Notes under the pieces: model-generated
What the model saw: only the letters and a program-made list of their open reading frames with translations
Databases searched by the model: none
What the model was told of the DNA's origin: nothing
Shown here: piece by piece, positions 28,362 through 38,711 of the stretch
How the letters are laid out: every line of letters begins with the position of its first letter
Position numbering within the stretch: position 1 is the first letter of the stretch
NCBI RefSeq assembly: GCF_000328665.1
Contig: NC_019977.1
Span: 868,001-932,000 of the forward strand
Length of the DNA stretch: 64,000 nt
Source of the DNA: Methanomethylovorans hollandica DSM 15978
Lineage (GTDB): Archaea; Halobacteriota; Methanosarcinia; Methanosarcinales; Methanosarcinaceae
Direction of reading: 5' to 3'
Made by a program: the position numbers and the translations under genes

Positions 28362-28658
28362 ATGAGAGTTGCACATACAGAAAAGATCCTTCCCTGTATA
28401 GCTGATCCCTGGAAGCTGAGGATCATTGCGCAACTGGATGAAGAGCCAGACCTCCCTCTGATAGCCAGATATCTTGATGGCAAGTATTCCGAGAAACTGG
28501 GTATGGTGGTCGTAAGAAGCGGCATTGTAGAAATGAACTTTTTTCAGAATGGCCAGATCACAATCAGAATGGTCGACTCGGAAGAAGAGGCTATCAGCTT
28601 CGTAAATAAGATACTTGCAATGGCATACCACAAAGCAATGATAGCAGGAGACCTTTGA
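28362..28658 (+). CDS. Small protein of the PCxADP family (COG4871-like N-terminal domain)
   Basis: LPCIADPWKLRIIAQ and G.ITIRMVDSEEEA; no C-terminal Fe-S Cys cluster. Confidence 0.65.
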   Translation: MRVAHTEKILPCIADPWKLRIIAQLDEEPDLPLIARYLDGKYSEKLGMVVVRSGIVEMNFFQNGQITIRMVDSEEEAISFVNKILAMAYHKAMIAGDL

Positions 28659-28688
28659 GGATGGTATGCAATTTGTATCAGTCCTCAC

Positions 28689-29399
28689 TTAAGGAATAAA
28701 GATCCTTGAATAGTACAAGCCTACAACTATGAAGATCAATGCTACTACTTTTCTCATAATCTTTTCAACAATCTGAAGCTTATTTACGAATGCCCCTACT
28801 CTGGAAACAGAGTATGCCAGCAGCATTGAGAAGAACAACACCGGCAAAGCTGTTGCTATGGCAAAGACCGAGGGTATGATGATCGCATCACCTGCTGCCA
28901 TTGCTACGGGTATAAGCATTCCAAAGAACAGCACTGCACTGAAAGGACAGAACGAGAGAGCGAAAACAAAGCCCAATAGGAATCCACCCAGATAACCTTT
29001 ATCTGCGTATTTTTGAACCAGACCACTGATCATACCGCATCCTTTGGAAAACTGGAGCCTGTCGGCTGTTAGCATGAGAACTCCAAGGAGAATAAGGAAT
29101 GGTCCCAGTAAAATCTCTCCATATTGCTGCAACAATTGAGCAAGATTCTGGCTGCTCAGGCCGATCCAAAGGATCAATGATGCTACCAGCACGTATGCGA
29201 CCATTCGCCCTAATGTGTAGACTAAGCCAACAGCCAGCGTATGACTGCCCTGATCGATCCTTTTGGAGATATACGCTATAGCTGTAATGTTCGTTGTAAG
29301 AGGACAGGGACTTATTGCAGTCATAAGACCAATGAAAAATGCGGCAACCAGTGGAATATCACTGGAACCCATAGACTGCATGAATTCGAGGAGAGTCAT
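28689..29399 (-). CDS. ArsG-like / CcdA-like membrane protein
   Basis: ISPCPL.TN and SFCP Cys motifs in TM segments; in operon with acr3 and the ArsF-like gene. Confidence 0.8.
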   Translation of the reverse strand: MTLLEFMQSMGSSDIPLVAAFFIGLMTAISPCPLTTNITAIAYISKRIDQGSHTLAVGLVYTLGRMVAYVLVASLILWIGLSSQNLAQLLQQYGEILLGPFLILLGVLMLTADRLQFSKGCGMISGLVQKYADKGYLGGFLLGFVFALSFCPFSAVLFFGMLIPVAMAAGDAIIIPSVFAIATALPVLFFSMLLAYSVSRVGAFVNKLQIVEKIMRKVVALIFIVVGLYYSRIFIP

Positions 29400-29418
29400 T
29401 TTTATTTACCTTTGATTT

Positions 29419-29949
29419 TTATGCCTTTCCATCTTTTACTTCAAAACTGCTTCCAATGAGATATTCCATTAGATACCCCACAAGAATGAATAAGGGTAAT
29501 GAAATTAATGTTCTTAAAATACTGAATTTGATACCAAGGTATCCGACCTCGATTCCCAGCATGGGAAGCTTCAGTGATGAGAAGGCCCCAAGATAAATGA
29601 AGATGTTCCTGACAGATGCACCTTTCTTATGTAAGATATATGCAACAGGAAAGGCTCCGTAAAGCGGACCTGCCTGCAGCATTGCCAGTAAAATTACTAA
29701 AAAAATACCTTTTGCTCCGGATTCCCTGCCTATGTGTTTTTCAAGCACTTCTTTCGGAAACCAAACATCAAAGAGTCCGATTATAATGAAAAGGAAAGGA
29801 ATGAATGAGATCATCTCTATAAAGAACTCTGTAAAATTTGAATCTATGACCTGGCCAGGTTTGAATCCTAGGAGATATGAGACTATGGAAAAGATAACAA
29901 ACAGGATTACCCACACATAATTCTTTATGTGTTTATTCACATTAACCAT
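29419..29949 (-). CDS. Half-size ArsP/DUF318-type permease
   Basis: Hydrophobic; AGPLYGAFPVA..L..KGAS motif. Confidence 0.75.
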   Translation of the reverse strand: MVNVNKHIKNYVWVILFVIFSIVSYLLGFKPGQVIDSNFTEFFIEMISFIPFLFIIIGLFDVWFPKEVLEKHIGRESGAKGIFLVILLAMLQAGPLYGAFPVAYILHKKGASVRNIFIYLGAFSSLKLPMLGIEVGYLGIKFSILRTLISLPLFILVGYLMEYLIGSSFEVKDGKA

Positions 29950-30422
29950 CCCACTAAAATACCTATCAATATTGCTGCGATCAAATTCAAAAAATTTCTC
30001 AATAACGCTGTTTTCTTGCCAAAATACCTGATCTCAAGCGGCAATGTAACAACTCCCACCATCATCATTGTTGTCATAAAAACAGTAACAACAGCATATG
30101 TTGCCCCTTGACTAAGTAACGTAGCGGCCAAGGGATATGAAATAAATCCGGGTATTAGACTAATTGACCCAATAAAAGCAGCTATTGTAAAACCAAGCCA
30201 TCCTGAATTTGCTCCTAGATATTGCACAATAAAATGCTCTGGGATAAAGAAGAGCACGATGCTGATCAGGATCAATATGTTAAGGAACGGATGAAGAATA
30301 TTGAAAAGCATTTTGCCGCCTTTCTTTAAACCAAGAATAGTTTTGTCTTTGTCCAGAATATAGGATAAAAGTAAACTTACTCCGGTCAGCGATCCAAAAA
30401 TAATGCTGTTGTTAAAGGTCAT
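29937..30422 (-). CDS. Half-size ArsP/DUF318-type permease
   Basis: Hydrophobic; PGFISYPLAA.LL..GA and TLPLEIRYFG motifs; coupled to the partner half. Confidence 0.75.
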   Translation of the reverse strand: MTFNNSIIFGSLTGVSLLLSYILDKDKTILGLKKGGKMLFNILHPFLNILILISIVLFFIPEHFIVQYLGANSGWLGFTIAAFIGSISLIPGFISYPLAATLLSQGATYAVVTVFMTTMMMVGVVTLPLEIRYFGKKTALLRNFLNLIAAILIGILVGWLM

Positions 30423-30871
30423 TGATCATTAACCTCGACTAGTTTTTTAGTTATAATTTCGCTCAAATAGGACATGTAAGCGTTCCTATCGTCGATCTTA
30501 TACCAGACATTCGTGTCCTGCTCAGCAGAAAAACCATCTTCAGTATATGTGCCTATCCACAACGAAGAATATGCAGCTCCATACCTTTGAGATAATTCTT
30601 TGTTTTCGGGTAGATCGAAGTTCACATGCTTGAACACAAGCTTGCCAGACTTAAGTTCATCTGAGAAATAAGTATTCACCGTCTCTTCAGCATAAGCTCC
30701 CACTGCTTGACAACTATAACATTGGTTTGTTCCATGGAAGTGAATAACTTCAATATGAGGCGATTCCTGCAAAGTTCTATCGACAACTTTCGTAGTCCCA
30801 CTATCATTATTTCCAACGCATCCTGCTGAAAATAAAGTCAGGACGAGTAACACAAAAAGTAACTTATTCAT
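30419..30871 (-). CDS. ArsF-like thioredoxin-fold lipoprotein
   Basis: Lipobox SAGC; EVIHFHGTNQCYSC. Confidence 0.78.
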   Translation of the reverse strand: MNKLLFVLLVLTLFSAGCVGNNDSGTTKVVDRTLQESPHIEVIHFHGTNQCYSCQAVGAYAEETVNTYFSDELKSGKLVFKHVNFDLPENKELSQRYGAAYSSLWIGTYTEDGFSAEQDTNVWYKIDDRNAYMSYLSEIITKKLVEVNDQ

Positions 30872-30935
30872 CTGAACACCATATTAAATATATTTTTGTT
30901 GACTTTTTTTAATTAAAAAGAAAAAAAGGTTGGTA

Positions 30936-32120
30936 TCAATTCGCAAACCAACCTTTTGTTCTCAGACAAAATTTTACCAGCATCAACATCACAGGCACCT
31001 CAATAAGTACACCTACTACAGTTGCAAGTGCTGCACCTGAGGATAGACCAAACAGGATTGTAGCAGTCGCAATTGCAACCTCAAAATGATTTGATGCGCC
31101 GATCATAGCCGAAGGAGCAGCATCTTCGTAGCTCAGATGCAGACCCTTAGAGAGCACATATCCCAACAGGAAGATGAATGTAGTCTGTATGAACAGAGGA
31201 ATAGCTATCCAAAGAATCGTAAGAGGCTGTGAAATTATAGTTTCACCCTTGAAACTGAACAACAGGATAAGTGTGATCAACAAGGCTATAATGGTCACCG
31301 GAGTCAGAAAGTGTACAAAACTTGTGTTGAACCACGCTTCGCCTTTGCTCTTAATGATGAGCTTCCTAGAGATATATCCGGCAGCAAGTGGAAGTGCTAC
31401 ATATATCCCAATGGAAAGAGCCAATGCCTGCCAGGGAACCGGAAGTTTTCCTACTCCAAGCAGAAACCCTCCCAGAGGACCGTAAAAGAAGAGCATTGTA
31501 AGAGAGTTAATGGCGACCATCACAAGAGTATGGGCATCATTGCCCTTTGCAAGAAAACCCCAGACAAGTACCATCGCTGTACACGGAGCAATGCCCAAGA
31601 GGATACAACCGGCCAGATAACTGCGCCATAGGGGTATCTCAAGCATTTTTACACCATCTGACATCACAACAGTACCTTCACCATAGGTCGCACCTACTGG
31701 CAGATCAAGACTAAAGGGCATTTTAACAAGGTCCATAGCCTCCGGTCCTATAAAACCCAGGAAAAGCGTGCCCAGGAAAAAGACTGAAATAGCATACATG
31801 GTAAAAGGTTTTATTGCCCAGTTGATGAACAATGTGAGGGCCACAGGTTTGATGTGCTTTCCTGCTTTAAGCACCTCTCCAAAATCTATCTTTACCATTA
31901 TGGGATACATCATGAAGAACAGACATATGGCTATAGGTATCGAAACTACAGGGGCTTCACCAACATAAATGGATAGGCTGTCCAGATACAAAGCCACACC
32001 AGGAGCAAATCTTCCCAGTAGTATACCTGCGATGATACACAGAATGACCCATATAGTAAGGTATCTTTCAAAAACCCCCAGACCTTTGGGTTCTTTAGTA
32101 ATACAAGCTTCTGTTACCAT
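30936..32120 (-). CDS. acr3: ACR3-family arsenite efflux transporter
   Basis: [45 protein letters not shown]. Confidence 0.95.
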   Translation of the reverse strand: MVTEACITKEPKGLGVFERYLTIWVILCIIAGILLGRFAPGVALYLDSLSIYVGEAPVVSIPIAICLFFMMYPIMVKIDFGEVLKAGKHIKPVALTLFINWAIKPFTMYAISVFFLGTLFLGFIGPEAMDLVKMPFSLDLPVGATYGEGTVVMSDGVKMLEIPLWRSYLAGCILLGIAPCTAMVLVWGFLAKGNDAHTLVMVAINSLTMLFFYGPLGGFLLGVGKLPVPWQALALSIGIYVALPLAAGYISRKLIIKSKGEAWFNTSFVHFLTPVTIIALLITLILLFSFKGETIISQPLTILWIAIPLFIQTTFIFLLGYVLSKGLHLSYEDAAPSAMIGASNHFEVAIATATILFGLSSGAALATVVGVLIEVPVMLMLVKFCLRTKGWFAN

Positions 32121-32154
32121 ATCACTAAGTCTCCTTTATTTTATCATGAGAGGA

Positions 32155-32172
32155 TTTCAAATGAAATTGAAA
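32155..32172. promoter_or_regulatory. Putative ArsR operator upstream of acr3
   Basis: Perfect dyad TTTCAA-ATGAAA-TTGAAA between a TATATA box (~32182-32189) and the acr3 start. Confidence 0.7.
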
Positions 32173-32382
32173 CACCTCTCGTATATATAGTTGTGTATTT
32201 GTTGTCAACTAGCATTTCCTTTGAACTTTCAAGTCAGTCATTAAGATCAATTCCATTCTCAGCAGAAATCCCTAATGCTGAAGAGAGTGATTATGATAGT
32301 TCCCACTGGCTTTGTTCAAAATGAAATGCATTTTCTCCTATGAAATTTAGGTAGTCGCTGAATATAACAGTACAAGTTTAAT

Positions 32383-32398
32383 ATCAAGATAAGTTGAT
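32383..32398. promoter_or_regulatory. Putative ArsR autoregulatory operator
   Basis: ATCAA-GATAAG-TTGAT dyad about 40 bp upstream of arsR. Confidence 0.65.
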
Positions 32399-32436
32399 GT
32401 GAGTGCATATATAGTGTTTATTTCTTATTTAAATCC

Positions 32437-32769
32437 ATGAAATGCTGTCCTTCTGACAAAGAAATAAAAGAAAAATGGGAGCAAAATATGGAACAGGAAG
32501 TTGCTATAGATGAAAATGAAATCAAACAAATGTGTAACCTTTTCAAGGTGCTGAGTAGTCCTATCAGATTAAGAATCGCGTATTATCTTTCAAAGCAGGA
32601 TTATTGCGTTGAGGCACTGGTTCATGCGTTAAATGAGAAGCAAAACCTTGTATCTCATCATTTATCCGTTATGAAACAAAATGGGGCTGTTGATTCTTAT
32701 AGAAATTCCAGATACACATATTACAGATTAAAACCGGAAGTAAGTCAACTACTGAACAGGAAGAACTGA
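32437..32769 (+). CDS. arsR: ArsR/SmtB-family repressor with N-terminal CC
   Basis: FKVLSSPIRLRI, VSHHL, YTYYRL; MKCC N-terminus. Confidence 0.9.
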   Translation: MKCCPSDKEIKEKWEQNMEQEVAIDENEIKQMCNLFKVLSSPIRLRIAYYLSKQDYCVEALVHALNEKQNLVSHHLSVMKQNGAVDSYRNSRYTYYRLKPEVSQLLNRKN

Positions 32770-32805
32770 AAGTTTCTATCTGCCTGCAGGAGTTAATTAA
32801 TCTAC

Positions 32806-33783
32806 TCAACATACCTCATCCTCGCACACCCATCCTTTTCGGACCCACAACAGTATATGAGCTATGATACCAAGTACTGGCAGTTCTATAAGCGGTCCTA
32901 TCACAAGTGCCAGTGATATCAAAGGTTCCTGCGGGAAGGCTGTAAGTGCAATAGCCAGGACTATAGGGGAATTACGGGCAAGTGTTGTCAGATTAAGACT
33001 GGCCGTATCCTGGTATGAGAAACCAATGTATCTTCCGATCATCTGTCCGACAATGAACACTATTACAAAGAAAATTAAGACCGGAGTAATGAGTTTCAGC
33101 AGCATAAGGGGATTTTGGACCAATTGTTCACCCTGGGAAGCAAACATGGAAATGATAGCAAGGTTCAAAAACAGGAATTGTACATATTCAAGTTTCGGAA
33201 ACACCTTTTTTTCAAGCCAGTATTCTCCTTTTAGTCTGGGAACAAAGGTCTTTGAGACAAGGGAAAAGATAAAAGGAATGAACAGGACAAGGATAACGCT
33301 CTCCATAAGCAGGGCCGGGTCAATAGTTGCAATGGACCCTGCAAAGATCAAAAGGTACACTGGTAATAAAACCAACTGGAGAATAAGGTTCATGGGAAGT
33401 ATGGATGCTGACAGGGGTACGTTACCTCGCGCAATCCCTGTAAAGAGCAAATACCAGTCAGTGCAGGGAGTGACCATGAGCATAATAAAACCTATCCACA
33501 GTGCAGGTGTGTCCCTTAAGAACAAAAATCCCAGAGAAAATGCCAGAATTGGATTAAATATGAAATTAATGCTCGCGCTTATGCCTGCAAATCGCCAGTT
33601 CTTAAAAGAATTGCCCAGTTGTCTGAGAGGGACCTGTAAAAAGATACCCAGCAACATCACCATAAGAAAAGGAACGATGAAAAGATCAGCATAATCTCTA
33701 ACGATTGCACTTTGACCAAGGATAAGACCCAAGGCCACTGACATCAATATGAAGAAAGACTGGTATTTTTCTATGGAGCTCAT
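32806..33783 (-). CDS. Second ACR3/SBF-like arsenic resistance transporter
   Basis: NFIFNP, TPCTDWY, ARNSP, GPLIELP motifs. Confidence 0.87.
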   Translation of the reverse strand: MSSIEKYQSFFILMSVALGLILGQSAIVRDYADLFIVPFLMVMLLGIFLQVPLRQLGNSFKNWRFAGISASINFIFNPILAFSLGFLFLRDTPALWIGFIMLMVTPCTDWYLLFTGIARGNVPLSASILPMNLILQLVLLPVYLLIFAGSIATIDPALLMESVILVLFIPFIFSLVSKTFVPRLKGEYWLEKKVFPKLEYVQFLFLNLAIISMFASQGEQLVQNPLMLLKLITPVLIFFVIVFIVGQMIGRYIGFSYQDTASLNLTTLARNSPIVLAIALTAFPQEPLISLALVIGPLIELPVLGIIAHILLWVRKGWVCEDEVC

Positions 33784-33847
33784 AAAACACCTGATACCAT
33801 TTAATTCACACCGTTAACAATTGGTTATTCTGTATTTATAGTTATAG

Positions 33848-34576
33848 TTAGTATCCAAACAACAGCATTTGTAGACCTATTATGCATAACAATGTCCCGA
33901 CCAACTTATTGAATTTGTCTCTTGGGATATTTACTATTATTTTCATTCCTGCCCACGTTCCAAGAACCATAGAGACACCCATAAAGAAACCGATCGACAA
34001 AGCTGGCAATCCTATGCCCAGATATCGTTCATACACTATGGTTTTAGTGAGATGCATCGCTATTGCAGTCATTGCCTCACTTGCTATGTAAGATACCGGG
34101 GGCAGATCTAAAGATAAGAACAACGCTGCACCTATTGGTCCTGCACTGCCGACGAGTCCTGAAACAAAACCTGTTATTCCCCCACCTAGGATCATTGTAC
34201 TATTAGTGGGATGGAATTTCAATATCTTTAAATATTTCAATATCACGAACAGGATAATTGTAAATCCTATTAGGCGGGATATTATTTCTTTTGGCACTTC
34301 TACAAATGAATAGGCTCCTAAAACACTCATAGGCACAGCACCTAATATGAACAATAGAACAGGTTTCCATTTAATTTGCCTGAACCCAAAAAAAGCTCTT
34401 GAAAGGTTACCTATCAACTGTGCAATTGTCAGAACCGGGACTGCTATCGTTGTTCCTATTGTCTTTGTCAATAGCGGCAATAATAGCAATGCCCCGCCAA
34501 ACCCTGCTGCACCTGATATTGCAGCGGCTGTGAAACCACCAATAAATAGTATCAACAGGTCAATGGGATCAAGCAT
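33848..34576 (-). CDS. TauE/SafE (TSUP) sulfite-exporter family membrane protein
   Basis: SGAAGFGGALLLLP and GFVSGLVGSAGP repeats. Confidence 0.88.
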   Translation of the reverse strand: MLDPIDLLILFIGGFTAAAISGAAGFGGALLLLPLLTKTIGTTIAVPVLTIAQLIGNLSRAFFGFRQIKWKPVLLFILGAVPMSVLGAYSFVEVPKEIISRLIGFTIILFVILKYLKILKFHPTNSTMILGGGITGFVSGLVGSAGPIGAALFLSLDLPPVSYIASEAMTAIAMHLTKTIVYERYLGIGLPALSIGFFMGVSMVLGTWAGMKIIVNIPRDKFNKLVGTLLCIIGLQMLLFGY

Positions 34577-34634
34577 TAAAAAGACCTCTTTCATCAATTG
34601 AATAGACTGTCATTTAATACCAATCCTCTATTTT

Positions 34635-34805
34635 GGCTCTATTGAACATCGTGTGGGTAATTGCAGCAACAGCACATTACAATTCCCCATAAAATAACAA
34701 TTCACTGCATACTAAATATCCGCTGAAATCAGGAATCCACACCATGCGATCTAGTTGTCATGAACACAAAAATCGTTTCTGTAAATCAGAATACTCTATT
34801 TCTAT
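34635..34805. mobile_element. MITE-like element, copy 2 (right end lost)
   Basis: GGCTCTATTGAACATCGTGTGGGTAA left end; interior closely similar to 39226..39400; no right TIR before the corA stop. Confidence 0.75.
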
Positions 34806-34834
34806 AAAATAATAGAAATGAAATGCTTTGACAT

Positions 34835-35920
34835 TTATAACCATTTCTTCTTGCGGAAATAGAAGAACATGGTAATTCCTATTGTTATCATGATTAACCA
34901 GAGGAAAGGATATCCCCACTTCCATGAAAGTTCCGGCATATATCGAAAGTTCATGCCATACACGCCCGCAAGAAAGGTCAACGGAATGAATATGGTAGCG
35001 ATGATGGTAAGCACTTTCATCACTTCATTCATCCTGTTGCTTATGCTGGACAGATATATATCCAGCATTCCGGAAAGCATATCCCTGTATGTTTCAATGG
35101 TATCAATCACCTGTATGATGTGGTCATATATATCTTTAATATAGATTTGTGTGGTCCTTGAAATAAGCCCCGATTCTTCCCTTAAAAGCCTGTTCAATAC
35201 TTCACGCAGGGGCCATGCGGATTTGCGCAAGAATATCATTTCATTTCTCAGAACATGTAACTTTTCAAGGGTATCAGGCCCGGGATCGGCGAGTAGTTCG
35301 TCCTCCAGCATTTCTATTAGTTCACCCAGTTTTTCCAGAATGACAAAATAATTATCAACTATGGAATCAATGAGTGCATACGCAAGATAATCAGCTCCCA
35401 TCTCTCGTATGCGGCCTTTTGAAGCTTTTAACCTCATACGTATGGGATCAAAGGTGTCGCCTCCTGCCTCTTGCAAAGATATTACAAAATTGGGGCCAAG
35501 GATAAGGCTTACCTGTTCGGATATGACCTCAGGGCCGGCATCATGTTCACCTTTCCTATCACTGAGATAGAACATCTGCAGAACTATGTAGATATAACCT
35601 TCAAAGTCCTCTATCTTTGGGCGCTGGGTGGTATGGAGAATATCTTCAAGAACAAGAGGATGGATACTAAAAGATCTCCCCAGGCGCTCAATGATCGTTA
35701 CATCATGTACCCCATCTATATTGATCCATGTTACAGTGGGATTGTCCCTGAAAGATAATAGTTCTTCTACATCTGTTATTTCCTTCATCTGGCAATGGTC
35801 TTTATCGTAATCAATAACTGTTATTTTTACTGCCTCTGTCCGTTTATCGCCTACATGAACGATAGTTCCGGGAGGCAGGCCGGATTTTTCGGAAGCCCGC
35901 TTTACGAATCTGTTTGACAT
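34835..35920 (-). CDS. corA: Magnesium/cobalt transporter CorA
   Basis: QRPKIE, MNEVMKVLT, GVYGMNF..MPEL.W. Confidence 0.96.
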   Translation of the reverse strand: MSNRFVKRASEKSGLPPGTIVHVGDKRTEAVKITVIDYDKDHCQMKEITDVEELLSFRDNPTVTWINIDGVHDVTIIERLGRSFSIHPLVLEDILHTTQRPKIEDFEGYIYIVLQMFYLSDRKGEHDAGPEVISEQVSLILGPNFVISLQEAGGDTFDPIRMRLKASKGRIREMGADYLAYALIDSIVDNYFVILEKLGELIEMLEDELLADPGPDTLEKLHVLRNEMIFLRKSAWPLREVLNRLLREESGLISRTTQIYIKDIYDHIIQVIDTIETYRDMLSGMLDIYLSSISNRMNEVMKVLTIIATIFIPLTFLAGVYGMNFRYMPELSWKWGYPFLWLIMITIGITMFFYFRKKKWL

Positions 35921-36359
35921 CAGTCACCATTCCTTAAGCCAAAAAGATGGGCCGTTGGGCCCACTAATAATATAATTAAAATAGAATTATTTAATAGTAC
36001 CCCTATTCTGCTGTAAATTCTCCTGTACTTCTGTATGGTCTTAATCTTTCACAGATAAATACCTGTTTTCAGTGAAACACTTATCATGGATATCAATCAA
36101 GATTTCCTCACACCGGCAGCTACATACCTGGTCATTTTCAATATTCTACTGACGTGCAGGACTATAAGATTTTACAGCAAAATAGATACGCTGCCACATA
36201 TGCTAAATAGCATCTTCACTTCTCAACTTGAAGATGACTGTTGTGTTTTCCATATCAACTATATTTTTAAACCCGTCTGTCCTAACAATACCTATATATC
36301 ATATTGATTCTCATAGATATGAGATGGGTGTAATCAATTCTGAACCGGGGCATGTTAAA

Positions 36360-36665
36360 ATGAGTAAAATAGGTAAAAGCTTGCTTGGAAAACTCACAGG
36401 AAACAATAATAATTGCTGTTGTGGTACTACTTGTATCGTTAGTGTCAAAAATATCTCCGTTGATGGCAAGGATATGGAAATTGCCGGAATGGATGAGGAA
36501 TTTGGAAAATACATTGCTGCAGATAAAACACCCGAGAATGGGGATGATGAAAAACTGTTTAGTAATCTGTTGAGTATGAATGCGATTCCTGAAAATGAAC
36601 AGGAAAAGTTCAAAGCTGCAATTCTCAGAGAGTACAGAACATACTGGCAGCAGAATAAGAAGTAG
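36360..36665 (+). CDS. Cys-rich hypothetical protein (CCCG..C), ends in TAG
   Basis: NCCCGTTC...I.VDG....IAG pattern; first gene of the cluster leading to arsR2-arsP; start 36324 or 36360. Confidence 0.65.
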   Translation: MSKIGKSLLGKLTGNNNNCCCGTTCIVSVKNISVDGKDMEIAGMDEEFGKYIAADKTPENGDDEKLFSNLLSMNAIPENEQEKFKAAILREYRTYWQQNKK

Positions 36666-36731
36666 GTCATATCGATATTTGTAGATACAATCGTGTACGT
36701 ATCAAATACGATTTGTTGTGAGGCTTCAAAA

Positions 36732-36893
36732 ATGGGCATTAAGTGCACAATATGTGGGAAAGAAGAAGATTCGCTACTGAGGACTAATCACAAAGAATTA
36801 GGAACCATAAAGCTCTGTGTTGATTGCTGGTCTAAAGAGAATTATAAAAAAAAACTGCTTAATTTAGAAGACTTTTGTGGTTGTTGCAGGTAA
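36732..36893 (+). CDS. Small Cys-rich zinc-finger-like protein
   Basis: MGIKCTICGK...LCVDCW...FCGCCR (two CxxC plus CGCC tail); GAGG RBS. Confidence 0.65.
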   Translation: MGIKCTICGKEEDSLLRTNHKELGTIKLCVDCWSKENYKKKLLNLEDFCGCCR

Positions 36894-36919
36894 CTGCAGA
36901 GAAAAGGAAGTGAGTCCCT

Positions 36920-37309
36920 GTGAATATAGCAAAGAGTGAAGTCGAAATCGGAAGATTGAAGCGTTTCATCTCTGACAAGGATCAGTATGATTCAAGGGCA
37001 CAAAGACTCAGCTCTCTTGTTGAGAGATTAGATGGAGACAGCTTATCTTCTGAAGTAAAAATATTCAAGGCTCTCGCAGACAACAATCGTCTCAAGATAA
37101 TAAAATTATTGAAAGAAGGAGAACTTTGTGCCTGTGAACTGACAATTGCACTTCCCAATTCTCAATCAACAGTTTCTCATCATCTTTCGGTACTGAAAAG
37201 TGCGGGTCTGATCAAAGAAAGAAAAGAAGGGAAGTGGTCATATTTCCGCCTCTCCGATGGCGCTGTGATCGAGCTGCTTAACCAGGCAGATCTGCTTGCT
37301 GGAAATTGA
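36920..37309 (+). CDS. arsR: ArsR-family repressor with canonical ELCxCEL box
   Basis: FKALADNNRLKI, GELCACEL, SQSTVSHHL, RKEGKWSYFRL. Confidence 0.93.
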   Translation: MNIAKSEVEIGRLKRFISDKDQYDSRAQRLSSLVERLDGDSLSSEVKIFKALADNNRLKIIKLLKEGELCACELTIALPNSQSTVSHHLSVLKSAGLIKERKEGKWSYFRLSDGAVIELLNQADLLAGN

Positions 37310-37357
37310 ACTCCACATATGAGAACATAGGTTTGAAAGAAGGATGATTTTTGAAGG

Positions 37358-38266
37358 ATGATCAATATGTTTTGGGATAATTTTGTTGTAGCGGCTGGTT
37401 TTTTCATAGAGATTGCCGTAGAGCTTACTGTCCTATTTATTGGCATAACCTTTCTCGTGGGGCTGATCCAGGAGTATGTGCCGGATGAGACCATAAAAAA
37501 GGCCATGGGAGGACGGAACAAAGTTGTAGGCAGTATTCTTGGGGCAGGATTTGGTGCTCTCACTCCTTTTTGCTCTTGCTCAACCATTCCGCTTCTGTTA
37601 GGAATGCTCAGGGCCGGTGTGCCTTTCGCCGCTGCAATGGCATTCCTGTTCTCATCACCCTTGCTAAACCCTGTGATAATATCCCTCTTCATTATCCTGA
37701 TGGGCTGGAAAGTAGCTGCTCTCTACTTTGCTGTCACCTTCACGACTACGATTATTATTGGTCTGTTGCTAGATGGGCTGGGCTTCGCCGGTCAGATCAA
37801 AACCGTGGCAGCTGTACGAAACTGCTGTGACTCCCAACAGGGAACGGATGCGAGATCGAGGATAGAGCGCTCTGCGGGATTCGCATTAAGCTTGTTCCGT
37901 CAGCTCATGCCTTATCTTCTCCTTGGAGCTGCAATAGGTGCATTTATTCACGGATTCGTGCCCACGGAGATCATCTCCCGCCTGGCTGGACCTGATAACC
38001 CCCTGGCAATTCCTGTGGCTGCAATCATTGGTATCCCTATCTACATCCGGGCTGAGACCATGATCCCTATCGGACTTGCGCTCATTGAAAAGGGAATGAG
38101 TATAGGAGCAGTCCTGGCATTGATAATCGGCGGTGCAGGAGCCAGCATACCCGAACTGACACTTCTTTCAGCTATATTCAGAAAGAGGCTTCTCGCAGCC
38201 TTCGTGGCGACCGTCTTCACAATAGCTGTAACCGCTGGATATTTAGCCAATATACTCGTAATTTGA
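37358..38266 (+). CDS. ArsP/DUF318 permease (organoarsenical efflux-type)
   Basis: TPFCSCSTIP, SSPLLNP, GAGASIPE. Confidence 0.88.
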   Translation: MINMFWDNFVVAAGFFIEIAVELTVLFIGITFLVGLIQEYVPDETIKKAMGGRNKVVGSILGAGFGALTPFCSCSTIPLLLGMLRAGVPFAAAMAFLFSSPLLNPVIISLFIILMGWKVAALYFAVTFTTTIIIGLLLDGLGFAGQIKTVAAVRNCCDSQQGTDARSRIERSAGFALSLFRQLMPYLLLGAAIGAFIHGFVPTEIISRLAGPDNPLAIPVAAIIGIPIYIRAETMIPIGLALIEKGMSIGAVLALIIGGAGASIPELTLLSAIFRKRLLAAFVATVFTIAVTAGYLANILVI

Positions 38267-38320
38267 AAGTTATCAAATACAAGCCAAGAATGATGACAGA
38301 TAAGGATAACAATCCTGGCA

Positions 38321-38605
38321 TCATTTCCCAGCTACCTTCTGCACCTCTTTGGTTATATCTTTCATCATCTCCCCCACAAGATTTGCTTTATCGCAATGAG
38401 ACGCTTCTTTCGGTTTACAGTTAAGCAGAACACTCATTAATCTGTCAGCCAGCCTGTAAAATTCCATATCTTCAAGTGTGATCAGAAGCCCGGATAAATT
38501 TTCACTGAACTCCCTGCATTTATCATGATTGCAGACTGCCTGTTCATGGAGCTGACAGGCAAACTGAATCTCATTTACGATATCTTCCGGGATATTCTCT
38601 GCCAT
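38321..38605 (-). CDS. Cys/His-rich hypothetical protein
   Basis: 94-aa ORF with five Cys; helical composition. Confidence 0.65.
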   Translation of the reverse strand: MAENIPEDIVNEIQFACQLHEQAVCNHDKCREFSENLSGLLITLEDMEFYRLADRLMSVLLNCKPKEASHCDKANLVGEMMKDITKEVQKVAGK

Positions 38606-38711
38606 ATGGATCGATCCGGTTAAGCACTTATCTTCGCAATCAAAACCCTAAGTAAGAGGTAAACCATATATTTCAAAAAGTCACTCAATATTGCTTTGTT
38701 AGTTAAAAAAA

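Noticed and set aside
32864..33694. 276-aa plus-strand ORF
   Set aside because: Antisense shadow of the Acr3-like transporter; no motifs of its own
36309..36324. TCTCATA-GA-TATGAGA dyad upstream of the Cys-rich gene
   Set aside because: Single occurrence that does not match the island operator consensus; cannot be distinguished from chance
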